64,000 nt of DNA from Lama guanicoe (taxonomy: Eukaryota): assembly GCA_013239625.1 (NCBI GenBank), contig MU054187.1:1745757-1809756 (forward strand), given 5' to 3'. Shown piece after piece: positions 26,257-40,308 of this stretch. A program made the translations under genes and the position numbers. The notes below the pieces were generated by a model. It made no database searches and was not told the origin of the DNA. It was given only the letters and a program-made list of their open reading frames with translations. Every line of letters starts with the position of its first letter. The stretch's first letter is position 1.

Positions 26257-26289
26257 TGTCGCCACCTGGTGTGCCAAAACAGCATTGCA
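26257..26289 (-). promoter_or_regulatory. Candidate CTCF site (core plus upstream module)
   Basis: Minus strand reads TGCAATGCTGTTTTGGCACACCAGGTGGCGACA. Confidence 0.55.
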
Positions 26290-28092
26290 TTGATTTTATT
26301 ATAAATTTTATTTCCACTGTTTAGTTACTCTTATTAATACTGCCAGTAGAGGCAAAGAAGTGCCAACGATTTTTAAACCAGACAGTTATAAATGACTGAG
26401 GATGTGCAATGATAAAGCATGCGTTTAAATAGCCGCTAATTATCTGGTTGAAGCTGCGTGTTATAAAGAGGTCCAGGAGTAAAGAAAAGATCGAAGGGGC
26501 GGTGTGGTGGGAAATGTTTCTGTTTCGGATTCTGGTAGCGGCTCAAATCACAGCTCTTCAATGATCCCACACAGCAACATGCGGTGCCAGTGGGGTGGTA
26601 CATTCTGGGAAGATTTGCAAGTGGAAGTATCACTGTTTAGAGAACGGGAAGTAGTCAGTTCCCTCAGTAAGTGGTGCTCAGACTCTAAGCAAATTTATGT
26701 TCATCAGTGACATCAAAAAGTCCTACTCCAGCCAGACAGTTCTGGTAAGCAGTCAAGGTAACTTTATACGTTAGAAACATAAACCAAAGCAGGCCCGAGG
26801 GCGGGCAGCCCCACCTTTGGACGGCTGCAGGGGAGGTAGGGAAAAGGCCCAGGTCTGGGGTCCCGGAAGCCACGTGCGGGAAACAGACTTGGGAAGAGAG
26901 AGGCCAGCGCGGCCAGCTCCTGAGGCCCGTCCAGTAGGTCCAAGGGGACCAGGGACCAGCATCCCTTTGGGGTCCCTAGAGGACTTAGGAATGGTGAGTG
27001 TGAAAGTCTATCTGTGGAAAATTTGGGAGAGAAACAACCTGGTGCAGTAGAGAATCCCCAGTTCTTGAAAGATTAGCCGTAGAAGGAAGGCAGTACCAGG
27101 GTGGGGGTGGGAGCCGGTCAGGAGAGGGGTCTTAGTTTTTCTATTAGAAAAACATAACCACGCTCTTAAGCCGGGGAATTAGGAAGAGACGGTACAGACC
27201 TGGTGCCTGTGCGGAAGGGTTACTCCCTGCTAGAAACTCTCCGCAGCTTTAAATGTATTCATGCCTGCGTGTGCTCGAACGTCGCATCATTTTCACATAG
27301 AAAACATTTTCTTGCATTTTGCTCCCTCACTCATGGGGAGCACCACCCAGCCGGGAGACTGCTCCCTGTGGGGATGTAAATGCCACAGGGCCCTGGCTCC
27401 TGCTCTGTCTTCCCCTGAAAGCCTCTTCTCTTCCTCCTCCCCCTCCCCCCTCACTCAGTGTCCACTTGGGTGTCCCGACCTCCCCTCGCTGGAACTGGAA
27501 GGTGAGGGCAAGTCAGGACAGCCCCACAGACTCACATCCACCAGCAGGTCATGGGGGCCACACTCCAAACTCTGACAGCCCTGGGTCTGAGGGCTTCAGA
27601 GTAAGAAACAAGGCGTGTGTGAGCTGGGCTTCGGCCCCAGTCGGAGTCCTGTCCCTGAAGGAACCGGCGGCCACGTCTTCCCCCCCGGACACCCCTGCAT
27701 CCCCACTCCTGCCCCCACGCCTGCACTTGCTGCCAGGCCTCCTTGCTGCAAAGACCTGCTTTCCCAGGACTTGCCCAACCATTTCTGATTGGACCTCCTT
27801 GAACTTCCTGTGGCGTTTGAAATGATCAAAGGCCCCGTCTGGAATTTTCTAAGCTCTCAGCGGCCATGACCATCACTTTCCCCCCTCCTCCGCCCGCCCT
27901 CCTCCTTGGCCCCACTTCTGTCTCCTCTGTGAGCGTCTTTTCCCTCCCGGGTCCCACAGGATGCGTGCCCTGGAATTCTGGGGCGAGCGCTCCGTCCCGT
28001 TTTCCTTACAGCTGCCCTTGACACGCCATCCCCCAGCTGCACCCCCACGACCTCACGTCTGAGTCTCTGCATCATCATTTGGGTGGTCTTCC

Positions 28093-28909
28093 TGACTGCA
28101 GGTGGCCCCCTCGCACATCCAGCCTCAGGAGAGCCTGCAGGCTGTTCCTGCACGACAGTACTTCACATGTCTGCTCGAACACCTGGGGCTCATTCATGCA
28201 AAACCGGCAGTCAGGTCGTCTTCCCAGGGCCCTCGTCCTGCTCTCTCTCCCCAGAACGCCTGGTCCTTCCGTCAGAGCAGGCGGGCAGCTAGATACGAGG
28301 AGAGGAAGGGGATGCAGGCCAAGTGGCAGGAGCTGGGCAGAAAGGAGGGACACAGGCCAAATGCAGGAAACCTTGCATCACGTGAGCACCAGGGGTCCCT
28401 GGGCAGAGAGAGAAAAGCAGGAACCTCTGGGCTGACGAGAGCTCACACACTTTGGGGTGACATGTGGCCTGGAGGCCAACAAAGAAAGGTGGGAAAAGAC
28501 AGGAATCTCCAGCGTCCGAATGTAAAGTTTTATGCCTTCGTTTCAATGCAATTATCCTTGCAGATGAGCAGCACCCTCGTGCAGGGACACCACGACACTT
28601 CCCACGCAGACGAAACAAGGACAAAACCCCTCCTCCCCTCGGGAAGGTGGGGCTGGGATGGAAATTAGGGAATAAGACCCCAAACCCTTCCCTCCCCGGT
28701 GAATATTCCGCCCACTCGTTTTCACACCCTATGTAACCAACTTGCCAAAGAAACTCAGGCGGCTACTGCCCTCAGCCTGCCCTCTCTCCCCTTGAGCGTG
28801 TGCCATCCATCCCTTAATAAGTCCCCACTTTACTTTCTCAACCTCTGTGTCTCGTCTCTGGATTCCTTCTGGATGGGGCAAGAACCTAGTCGCAGAGCCA
28901 CAGGCAACA
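28093..28909 (+). mobile_element. Probable solo ERV LTR
   Basis: TG...CA ends with imperfect 5-bp TSD (cttcc/cttct). LTR-like 3' half: tatgtaacc...cttaataagtcc...ctctgtgtctcgtctctggattccttct...caagaacc. Left boundary uncertain. Confidence 0.45.
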
Positions 28910-29389
28910 CTTCTGCTCCGGGTGACCCACCCGCCTTCACGTGCCCCGGTCTCTCAGCCTTTCAGTCACAGAATCCTTTGAGAAACGTGGTGAATGCCAC
29001 GAACTCCCTTCCCACGTGACCCTTTGCAGTAAGTCTGTAAGTCTGCAGGCTCCCTGAAGCCCTGGCTCGGCTTCTCCGGGCCAGTGGATGCCAGACTAAG
29101 ACCTTCTGATCAGCACATAAACATTTCTAAGTGTTTTCTATGTTTTGTTTTTCAATACACCAGACTTCTAATCCTCTTAGCTTGAGATCGTGTCCTGTAC
29201 ATTTTCCCCATAATCCTCTTACTTCTGACATAGGTTTAGGTACATACAGAACGTTTAACTATCGACTGGTTGAAATTGCCCTAAAGCGTTCCTGAAGTCA
29301 ACTCTGTGGGCCAAGGGTTGTCACTCAAAGCCACGAACGGGAGTCCCTGGGTCCCTGAGCCGCAGAGCGAGCTGCTCCAGGGCACTTAC

Positions 29390-29505
29390 GTGATTAGTTC
29401 CTTTTTGAGCTCCCTTGCGTGGAGCTTGGCTTTAGGGCTTGGTGTGGCGGCCTCTCCGGGGAACTTCTTTTCCTCCAAAGTTTCTAGAGAGCTCACTGGG
29501 TCCTT
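29390..29505 (-). CDS. ST18: ST18 exon I (116 bp): KDPVSSLETLEEKKFPGE...RELKKELI
   Basis: Acceptor ttttccag, donor GTAAGT. Phase 0-2. Confidence 0.95.
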
Positions 29506-32500
29506 CTGGAAAAGTGAAAAACACAAGGTGTTGGGGAACCCTGGAGAGACAACTGTATTTGAAGCCATTGGGGTCAAATTTGAGTTTTGACTTAAAGACC
29601 CAGCTGAAACTCCTCATAGGATTTGTACACAAAACAAACATGATAATGAATATAAGGGTCTATCCAGCCTCTTATGGACAGTGTTTATTCTTGGTGGAGA
29701 GTGAGAAATTATAACTCACGGGGACACCTCTAAAAAGTTCACACTTAGGCAAACAACTACAGAGGTATTTCTCGGGCCATGTAAATAAGGTGATATTTTA
29801 ATGTGTCTCCAGTTTCCTAGAGAACATAGAACTAGTTCTTCCTGTATACAGCAGTCCTTGCTAAAACAAAAGAAATATTGCAAAAATGAATCACACAGAT
29901 TTTTTAAACAGAGAAAGAAGAAGTACATTCAGGTTAATAGAGTGTCCTTTCTGATATACAAATAATTAAGATTTAAATGACTTATTTGAATACAGAGCAA
30001 CCGAGCCCACAGCGTCTAGGCAGCTTTCTCAGCTTGACCTTTTCCTGGGTAATTGCTCTCCTTCTCGCGTCACTCACTGTTTCCCTCACACGACCCCTGG
30101 CTAAGCTGGTATTCTGCCGTGCTTTTGCTCCCTGGGTCGAGTTTCTTGGATCATCTCCAATCTTCACGGCCTGCTTTTAAGCTTAGCACTGCTCCTGGTC
30201 TCGTAAGGAAGGCTCGTCGATCCTTTCCAACCACTTGTTTACCATCTGATATGTTACCTTACAGAAAACTAATGACGGCTTTACTCAGTCGTGTAATTGG
30301 CTGACTTTTTTCATCATTACGCTTATACCCAGCAAATATAATACTTCCTGGATTTAGTATTAAAAATCAGATTAACTAATATAAAAAAGTCTCCAGAATC
30401 TCTAAAGTACTGATCTATTTAAGGTGAGAAAACAGTTTTGAGTTATTCAAGGTACATCTCCTTTAAATCAGGTGGATATAAGATTGCAAAGGCAAATACA
30501 ATTTTACATCATGCTGAATCTACAACTACAGTCACACTCAATGGAAAAGCAACACCCCTGGACTTTCCCAACCAGAGAACTCTGAACCTCGATCTCCGCC
30601 ACAGAGGCAGATGCAGTTTCCTTCACTGGTTGCTTGGGCAACAGTTCAGTCACTTATTTCACACAAGATCGCACAGTGGTAAATATTTTGGTAAAAGTAC
30701 CCCAAGTAACATTATCTTCAGCCCAAGAGAGTAAAACCTGGTTTGGTGCAATGCCTTCCTTCATGTTACTTTCAATATTGAGTGTTCCGTTTTATGTTAT
30801 CAACAAATGTTTGAAAATAGTGGTAGACCGTAAATGAGTGCTTGATGACTGCTGCCCACGAGGGTACAGAGAGAGGGGCTGTTTTAACGCTGCCTCCGTG
30901 GAGTCTACAGGAAATCAGCAAACGAGGTTATTCCCTTCCAAGTTGTACTGCGAAAATGCCTCGTGTCCTTGAACCTGACACCACCGTCCATTCCATTTGG
31001 AGCTCCCTGGGTTTGGCCTGGGTAGTGTTTTCTGCTATAATTTATAAATGTTTTGGCCAATGTGTTCTCAACTTGGAACAGCCTTTGTTTTTCTGTTTAG
31101 TGGCTGAATTTTTCACAAAAATGACATAAAGTAAAAGAGAGGTATTTTATTATTTTCTTTGTGATAAATGTAAGAACAAAGTGTCCCTAAGAAGGCATGT
31201 ACCTTTACAGATAAACATATAAAGATCATCAGCTGTTGTTTGACTGAATCTGCACATATTGGAAGACACGGGAATAAGGGATTTTTAAAGAAATGATCAA
31301 TTATGAAAGTTTAAGTTGTTTGACTAAAATGCATTCAAAATTAACGCTTGCAGAATATGTGGTATTTAACTCAGCGTGGTAAGACGTGGTGATGTTTAAC
31401 TAGAAGGATGTTACTGGGTACCACCTTTTAAATGTTTTGTAACTTCTTTTAAAACTGATGGACTCTTGTATATGCAATTGCATTATGAAATAATTGCCTC
31501 TTTCCTTTTTTGGGGGGGCTGGTATATTAACTCTGGGAACTTGCAGAGATTAAAATAGGTGACTATTATTAAAAGAAAGCTTAATTTTGTTACAAAAGCA
31601 TTTTATATTGGATAAACTCCTAAATAGCACACCGCGAAAAAACACGTCAACCTCATTTGTCTGAATTTTTTCAAAACTGAAAGTATCATTTTGGAAATAA
31701 TAATTTTATTCTACATAAGAGAAAATGTGGCACCTATGTGTGTGTTTAGAGAATGAAGTTCCTCTAACGTACAGACGGAAGTCTGTATGGACTTCAGCGA
31801 GGACCAGGACGTAATGGTAACAAGAGTAACAGACAGCAGCATCGGGCACCTCCAGCATCTCAGCCGGGGATCTTCGCAGAGCTGACACCCGAACGAAGCC
31901 GACAGGCCCAGTCGTTTCTCAGCACTTTCCTTTACAGAATTTTGAGTTTTTTCCAGATTCAGGACTATTTTTTAGGGGGCATCTGGACAGGCTATTTCAC
32001 TGAGAGAGACAGACAATATTTTCTGAAAATTACCACCCAAATTAAGCAACTGTTGTGCATATGAAATAGCTAACGATGAATTAGAAATACTTGCCCAGTT
32101 TCTGGTTGTGGGTACAGGCGTGTGTCCTGTGGGAACGCACAGTGTCTCCTCAGAGCCCGCCGGGAATGACAACAAGGGCCCTCCTGGTCCCCAGCCTGTG
32201 GTCACATCCTGTAACCGCGCTCTGGGGACTCTGGTCCTGCTGTCCTAGGCAGCACGGAGCCCACGGCGGCCTCACACACACAGACGGCCGCGCCCCATTT
32301 CTCCATCACTCTCTTCCATCCCTCCTTCCTGCTTCTCCTCGACACCCCCAAATGTCCCCGTGCTTCGCGTGCTGCTCTCCCCCGGCGCTGCATCTTCCCA
32401 CCGCCTAGCTTCCGTGTGGCCCAGAACAGCCACTGCGCCTTGAGCCCCCTCAGATCTTTGATAACAGCCTTGCTCTTCCGAACTGTTAGGTGAGGAGTCC

Positions 32501-34965
32501 CCACAGAAAGGGATCCGTAAGCTTTACTCCCCACTGGGCGGGCAGCCCCCAGCTGCCTTCCCAGCGAGAACACTGGATACAATCTGCTTTTTCAAAAGAT
32601 CCACTATCAGGCATCACAGTTCTCATTTCAAGACTCAGAGCAGAATGTGAAAATACTCTCTGCGGGGAAGTCACCCAGCACGGATGCGGGAACAGAGGAC
32701 GCGGGTGAGAAGCCGTCGGGGGCTGAGAGACTCGGCGGCAGCGCGGTGCGTCCCAGTCAGCACGGCCTCCCCAGCAGTGACCCACCCGAGTCCAGACCGT
32801 GACAACAGGCACTCAGCTCGGAAGTGTTCTGTTGGCTCAGACCCAGGGCAGCAGCTGTGCCCCAGGAGCTCGCTCGGCATCTCCGAAGTCCTCTCTGTTA
32901 CGCCCAGTGACACTGAATCTCCGCGTCACGTCTCAGTTCCAGCTGCCAGGAGACTTCGGGTGCAGACGGTCACGGGGAGAGCCTGCCCTGTCAGCCGGCA
33001 GTGAGTGAGTTGCTTGGGAAAGAGCAGAACTCTGATCTAGACAAACCTGTCCTTCCCTTGGATTTGCTGGGAGAGCAGACACTGTCCCAGGGACGGGAGC
33101 TTCAGATGCAGACGTACTCCAGTGGGATCCCTAAAGCTGCCACGGTGCATCCAGACTCTTTGGAATTACGCCAAACAGGAGATTGGGAACAAGCAGAGTG
33201 CCTGCTGCGGGACCTCATATTCCGGCCGTCTGAGCGATCAGGAGGGCAGCCGAGGAGCTCCCTGGCGTACTTACGAGACCCCCAACAGCAGGAGCCTCCG
33301 GGAATGTGAGGGACACCCCACTGACGCTGCTGCCCAAAGTGACAGCCCGCGTCAAAGGACACAAGAGGTCCCGCAGGGGAAGGAGGACCCGCTGTGCTTG
33401 GCTACTTGTTCAGGACTGGCCCGGACGCCTACTGTACGAGCAGGAGGGAGGTTTCTGGTGAATGTGGACCTTGGTCTGTGTACAGCAAGGCCACAAGGGC
33501 GAGGACAGAAAGCCTCAGCCCCTGCACATGGCGCCGAGACCCCACCCAACGGCAGTGTCTGGCCCCACCCACCCAGTAGGATGCACCCAAGAACAGGGAC
33601 ACGGTCGCTGCAAGGCGCCGTCCTCTGTGCGGCATGACTGTGACTGAACCCCCACCTCCACGTCTCGTAACTGGGATTAGGTCCCCCCGTGGGGAGTGGG
33701 AGAGGCTGCGATCTGGTCAGCAACGGAGGGTCTGGTGGACCAGGGGTGTCCCCCGTCTCGAGAGCTGACTTGCATGGGGTGGACGGGACCAACCGTCTGG
33801 GTCTCACCCTGGCTGTGTCCCCCGACAGCCCCTCCGCCTCCTTCGCTCCACCTAGACCAGCGAGCGGAGTGGGATTTCTGGGTCCTGCAGTGACAGAAGT
33901 TCCGGGTAAACTCCATGGCTTTGCACAAACCAGAAACGGTAGGGGAGGTGGCAGAGGGAAGGGACCCACATCCTCCCGCTCATAGTCACCACCTAAGGTG
34001 AACTGGCTTCTTACACTTTGCAGGAGTCAGTTTTAAATTTTCTAGAGTCAACATATATGACCTTGAGAAACAGTTCTCCTAAAACAGTGTTAAGACTACT
34101 AAGGCCATCCCCAAGCACTTTGGGTGAATTAACAAAGCCAAGCAGGATGAAAACGACCAAGACCAGCATGGCAGAATCCAACCGGAAACTGCCGTGGGGG
34201 AGTCCCCGCCCCTTCCCCGTGAGGGCGTGGCTGGCGGTGACGCGGTGCCTGCCTGGGGTCCTGGGGCTCCTCCAGGGGCTCGTCCCCAAGCAGCCCTGCC
34301 TGTCTCCGCTGTGCTCCTGCTGGGCTCCTGTCTGTCGCGTGGTTACACGTCAGTCGTCCCAGCAGACTGCGCACGCGTGTCCCGGGTGGCGCAGCACCTC
34401 CAGACCGACTGACGGCTGGAGGCGGCGATGCCAGGGAGGGTGCGGGGCAGGAGGGAGGGAAGGAAGGGGAATCAGAAGCAGCCCAGGCTTGTGGTCACTG
34501 CTGCTTACATCGACTCCTGCCCTGAGATGTGAAAGTGTTTGCTGAAACCCAGTCAGTCTCCCCTCAAAGTCTCTGAACTTCCCAAAGCTGAAAAGCGCAC
34601 ACTTCCAAACGTCCATTTCAGCTCTTAAACGTGCCAATGGCACGTACCAACCACTCTCCTGACAAACAGCAAAACAGCAATCCTGTAATACTTGGGGTTA
34701 CGTCTGCAAAACAGTCTAAACAGTGAAAGGTCTGGCCATGAATTCTTTGGCGTGATGTTAAGTTCCGCCGATCAGTCCCAGCCAGGGGGCTCAAACTAGG
34801 AGGTGGAGGCTGACGGATTTCTGCACGGCCACCAAGCCTGGCTTTCAGCGGGGTGAAACCACCTCCCAAGAAAACCCAGTCGGCAAATGCGCCTCTCTGG
34901 CCCTGGGGTTGACGCCACCGAGACGCCCGACGCCCACATCCCGTCCCCAGACCGCAGCTCTGCAC

Positions 34966-34983
34966 GGGGGGGGGGGGGGGGGG
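34966..34983. repeat. G18 homopolymer
   Basis: Seen directly. Confidence 0.9.
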
Positions 34984-35389
34984 CCAGGAGGGACTCTGAT
35001 GAGATTCTGCCTTGTCCCTGGTTTGTCTTGTCTTCTGGCCCCTGGTGCAGAGAGAACAAGCAGGCTGGTGTCTCGGTGCTGAGTGACACCCAGGCTGCGG
35101 CGTCTGGGGGGGATGGGGACGCCACTCTCACGCAGGGCACACAGCTGCAGCCACGATGGGGATAAAACGCACTAGAGTGACACGGGGTTTTGGGCAAGTG
35201 ATGGGGGAGCTGGAGTCAGTTATGAATTTCTCCTGAAATTTAAAATTGTCACCTTACCACATCTGGAAACAAGGCCCAGAACCACGTGTTCTCTAAACGG
35301 AATGCGAGGAACCGCGCAGGAGGGAAAGCTGACCTCCTCGACCCCCACGCGCAGTCCTAGACTCGGGGACAGACGTGTTGCCACAATAC

Positions 35390-35635
35390 CTCTTTCTCCT
35401 CCTCTGTCTTCCCATGCGCCTTGCTGTAGTTGACAGGCATGTCCCAGCCCTCCTGGTCGCAGAGGGCCTGGTAGAAGGCGGCATTGACCAAAATGCTGCT
35501 TGTTTTGAACGGGGAGGAGGAAGGGGTTGGAACAGAAGTGTTGGTGGCAGTTAGGGGCACAGCCTTGTCCAGGATTCGGCTTTTTTTCATGCTCAAGTCC
35601 AATGTGCCATTTTCGTCCACTTCTATCTCGGCTCC
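35390..35635 (-). CDS. ST18: ST18 exon H (246 bp): GAEIEVDENGTLDLSMKK...EGWDMPVNYSK...EEEKE
   Basis: Acceptor gtaccag, donor GTATTG. Phase 0-0. Confidence 0.96.
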
Positions 35636-35923
35636 CTGGTACGCAACAGGAAACAGAAAAACATTTGAGCAGTTTGCAGTGGTAGCCCGGCCATGTGGGG
35701 CTTTTAAGGGATAATTTTAGACGCAAGCTTTTATGTAAGTATATCTGATTTTAAATCTAGCTTTCTGATTTGCTTTGGTTAATGTTCAGTTCTTAGGCAG
35801 ACTTTTAAGAGCAGCCCCGTTAGTGAGCTTCGTGTTTCTGGGTTTAAACGAAGGTAAGCCTAATGTAAATAAGATGGTCCAAATACTGAATGTACTGGTT
35901 AAACCTGTTTTATCTCTTTTGAT

Positions 35924-35942
35924 TGTGTGTGTGTGTGTGTGT
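35924..35942. repeat. (TG)9 microsatellite
   Basis: Seen directly. Confidence 0.9.
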
Positions 35943-38900
35943 TTTTCAAGTTTAGCTTTCAGTCTTTCTAGTTTGCAGAATTGTCGCTCTCAATCTGTCC
36001 TTTAAAGCTTCAACACGAGTTTACAAAGTGGCACAATGCTCCTCCCCCTCCATCACAATGTGATTCTAACATGAAAAACACACAAAAATAACCAGCTGGA
36101 AGAGAGTCTTTATTGGAAAGGTAGGTTCCTGCGAAAGGGACATTTGACCCTGCCTGGGTGACTTGAACCAGAAAAGCCTGACTTGCGGGGGGTGGGTTGA
36201 GGGAAGCAGACAGTGCAAACCGTGGCTCCCCCCGGGGCCGTAAGGGAGCAGCTGCCAGTGTGACTGTGGGGGGTGGGGGTTCTACAGCGAAAACTTCTGA
36301 ATAAAGGTGATTATTTTCCAGCTACTTCGTATGAGACTCTAATTCCACCTCAACACAGTTCTCCTCGGGAGAGAGACCTTTGGCTAAGCTTCATTTGGTT
36401 TTTAAGGTCCAAGTGCCAACAAAGTCCCCATGTGCCCTGGACCTTCCACAGGTCACGTGCTGGAGGATGGCTTCCGCTGTCCTGAGTCAGGGATGCTGCC
36501 AGGCAGTAACTCCCGGGACGCGGGGAGAACCAGCTTGTCACTCTCCTAAGTGGGTCAAATGAATACCTTTCCGGAATTTTCACCATCATCCATCAATTCA
36601 CCATTAACTTCTGGGCGACGTCTCTACTCTTTTCCCCTTTTGGCCGCAAAGCAAGAGTCTCCTCTGAAGGTTAGCGAGACCCCCTAACCATTACTGCCCA
36701 GGGGTTCAGTTTAACACCCGTCTACACTCTGCCCCCATCCTGTCTTTAACAGTTCCCACCGAGCGTGACCCAGGTCGCTGGTGCCTGAATGTAAGAACAA
36801 CAAAAACCCGTCCCTCCTGTCTGCTTGTTTTGCCTGCGAAGTCCCCGTTCTCAGTCTCCCGGCCCACGAGGCAGGCAAGCTTTATTTTATTTGTGGGAGG
36901 CAAATACACTTCTAATACATTTGTGCTAAGGTGCTTTGGCCATGTCTTTCTGTCCTTTCTAGTAAGTAGTTTAATCTCCTGTGATAGTTTTAAGCCCTGA
37001 ATTTCACAGTACAGCTGATCCGGGATAATAACTCAGTAACCACAGCATCTTAGGCCATCTGTATAATATCAAATACATTTTTATACCAGCTTTAACAAAC
37101 CTTAGTTACAAAAATCCAAGACATTAACCCTGTCGGTGCTGCGCGCTCCCCAGGATACGACAATGAAGTCAGCCACAAGCACATCAAAACAACTTTTGGC
37201 TTCAGAGCTGGTGTGTAACTATCGCCATGAAACAGACCAGCGCAATCAAGTTTAATGGCCAATGTATAGTAAAATGCTAAATATTGTAGTTGCTGACATT
37301 TTTCATAAAAAAAATAAAAAACTTGGGTTAAGACTGCACAACCAACATTCACATAAAATTCCAGACCTCTGTGACAGATGGCTTAGGAAAAAGCAACCAC
37401 GTGACTGGGATGCAGCGTTTTATAGTGCAAAACCCATAAATAGTGCAGATTCGAGCTCACTGAAAAAAAAAAAAAAACAACCCCACTATTCCAAGACAAC
37501 ACGAATGCATATTTTAGTTTTTACAGGAAAAAGATCTTCCGATGACTCAATTAAAAAATTAGGGATTCTCAGAGCTGTGATGGTTGCACATCTTGAGCAA
37601 TCACAGGCTAATTGGGGGAAAAATCACTCCTAATGTTTAAAGAGGAGCTTTCCTGTGCCCCACGCCCCAGCCGGCCGGCTGCTCTGAGCACCTGACTGGG
37701 CTGGGGGGGCCAGGCGGCCGGGCGGGCACAGATGGGCTTTCAGTGAGCTCGCAGATGCAATCGGCAATTACGCGCGGCACCAGAGAAGGGCCCCTCTCTG
37801 CCCGTCAAGGGTGGATCGCACGTTTACTGCATGGATTTTACTCAGCGCAGTATCAACAGACACCCTTCCTCTCTGTGCCTGGAACTCCAAATGTCAGGAC
37901 AATCAGGATGCGGCGGGGGTGGGAGGGGCTGCAGGGGTCGGGGCCCACCACCCTGACCCCTAATAAGCTCGTTTCTCAAAGCGCTGCTTCAGGCCCTTAC
38001 GTCCATCAGTCACATGCTCGGGGCTTTGAGGCTGGGCTCGGGTTCAGCACTGTTCACACACTTTCCAGCCTGGAAGCGACATCAGCAACCACCAGTTGAG
38101 TCACTGACGCTGCCTGTGGTGCGTTTATCTGTGAGTCATCAAGAAAGCACGGAATACTTTCAAGCCACTATGTTTTGGGGAAAAGAAAATCGAAAACTAT
38201 CATGTTCCTGCCTTCAAGGAGCTTGTTTTATGCCTGTCAGAGATTTTTAGTGAAACAGACTGAATTTTCATTATTATTATTATGTAAATTATGACTATAA
38301 ATGACACCACTATAGATGATGTAATTATAAATTATTACTATCTGTCCTGTAAGAGAAGAAGCAACTCAGATGTCTGCCAACAGAGAAAGGATTAATGAAA
38401 TCACACTGCATCTATGTAAAGGCACATTATGTGACCAGTAAAAGGATAAAAAGGATGATTAAGAGGACTTTGCTGCCACAGGGAAAAGCCTTTTACCACT
38501 GGAAGCAGGAGACGGCCCGGCATCCTAGCTACGCTTATGGGTAGAAATTTGCTTTCCGAAGAGAAGCAAAAGGGAAAACAGAAATTCTTGCATTTGTATT
38601 CGGAGGACAGGCCGTCGGCTGTTTTCCGCCCATATTTTCCCATCAAATGATAACATTATCTTGTTACAACAATTGAAATTATCCTACATTCAAAGATGGT
38701 GATCAAGTAAAAAAAAGCAGCAAAATTATAATTTTACTGTAAATAGTCTGATTATGAAAAGTATTCACTCTCAAGACATTGACGGAACATCAGTAGCCTT
38801 GTTTTCCTCATTTGATAAGTTTTCTGTTGCTACGGCCGCCCCCACCTCGCCTTGCGACCCAGCTGAGACGGGTGCAGGAGCACAGCCCCTCAGCCCGGCG

Positions 38901-39279
38901 TCTGCTGGGGCCAGCCCCCGGCTCCTGTCTCTCCGCTCCCACTTCAGGGGGTTTTGTTGGGGGTGGGGGGTGTCTCTTTGGTATCGGAAGCCCTCTGAAA
39001 TATGTTTTCCAGGAGGCAGGGTATTAAATAATGAGCAAATGAACTGAAAACATCTTATTCTTACTAATTGAATATGAAAACCATTAACAGTATAAACTCG
39101 TGAGACGTACTCAATACAAAGCCACTGATGGAACTCAGAGGAGGAAGTGACGGATAAAAGGTGAATTAAATTGACAACCATTTCCCCAAAACTTCTGCCT
39201 GGGGCTTGGAATCACAGTCAGTGACAACGCTTAGGGGAGCTTGCAGTCTGTCTGCATGCAGGGATAAAATCTTCAAGAT

Positions 39280-39485
39280 GAGAAGTTGGACAGGCGTGAA
39301 TTCAAATTTGAGCTTTGACAGCTCCAAGAGCCAATTACGGAATCTCTCCACACTACTGTTTCTTCACCCGCCAAATGGGACAACAATACCTGCTTTACAG
39401 AGTTCCTAGAAGGACTAGAAAGGATTCAGATGGACAAAGTCCTTACTTACAGTGTCTGGCACATAGTAGCTGTTGGATAAACTAA
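39280..39485 (+). mobile_element. MIR SINE remnant
   Basis: gtttcttcacc...aaatgggacaacaatacctgc...acagtgtctggcacatagtag. Confidence 0.6.
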
Positions 39486-40252
39486 ACTAATAAATAATAA
39501 GGATGATGGTCGTAATAATAGTCGTTTAACTGGGCTTTTCAACACCAAGACGGGGGCCTCCCCACGCTGTTCCACGTGGAGGTCAGGAGGCAGCTTCCCC
39601 CACACACAGGCCAGCCAGTTCCCTGAGACCCTGACTCGAGGCTCTCGGAACATTTCACTCTGAGTCTATAGCAAACTCTGACTTCACGCGCAGGTTACCG
39701 AAAAAGGCTGCTTCTGGGTCCTAACCCCCACTCCCCGCACCCAGCCGCCAGGCTATTTCTATCAGGCAGCGGGACTGGCAACGTGATATCCTGTTGTTTC
39801 TAGGCCTTGTTCAAGCACAAAACAGACTTTGAACTTTAAACATTTCAAGCAAGTGTCAATTTTTTGTTTTCTTTTAAGGCACACTGCGCATATGCCACTT
39901 TGTCTAAACAGGTGGGGAAAACACCAAAACAAACAACAGAACGCTTGGCAAGCAGCAGCGATCAGGATAAAGGCAGACTCTGTGCGTGTTCCCACCTCCG
40001 CTGACGAGAGGAGGAGGAGGAAAGCTGGGAAGTCACGGAGCTCGGGGCTCAGAGACCGCGGCGAAGCCCAGAGCTCGCTCCTCTGGGCTGCCCGTTTCTG
40101 CACAGCCCTGAGCTCACCTCAGGAGCTGGACTAAAGGGAGAAGGTTTGAAGCTGTGGTCCACGTATGTTTTGCAAACTCCTAGTAATTCCAAATGGGGAT
40201 GAAGGACATGATACAAACCTCAGGACCAAGGACAGTGCCAGTATCACAGAGG

Positions 40253-40308
40253 ACTCCTTCACGCGAGCGTTCCCTTAACCACTCCTTCACGCCAGCGTTC
40301 CCTTAATC
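40253..40308. repeat. 28-bp tandem duplication
   Basis: actccttcacgcgagcgttcccttaacc followed by actccttcacgccagcgttcccttaatc (2 mismatches). Confidence 0.9.
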
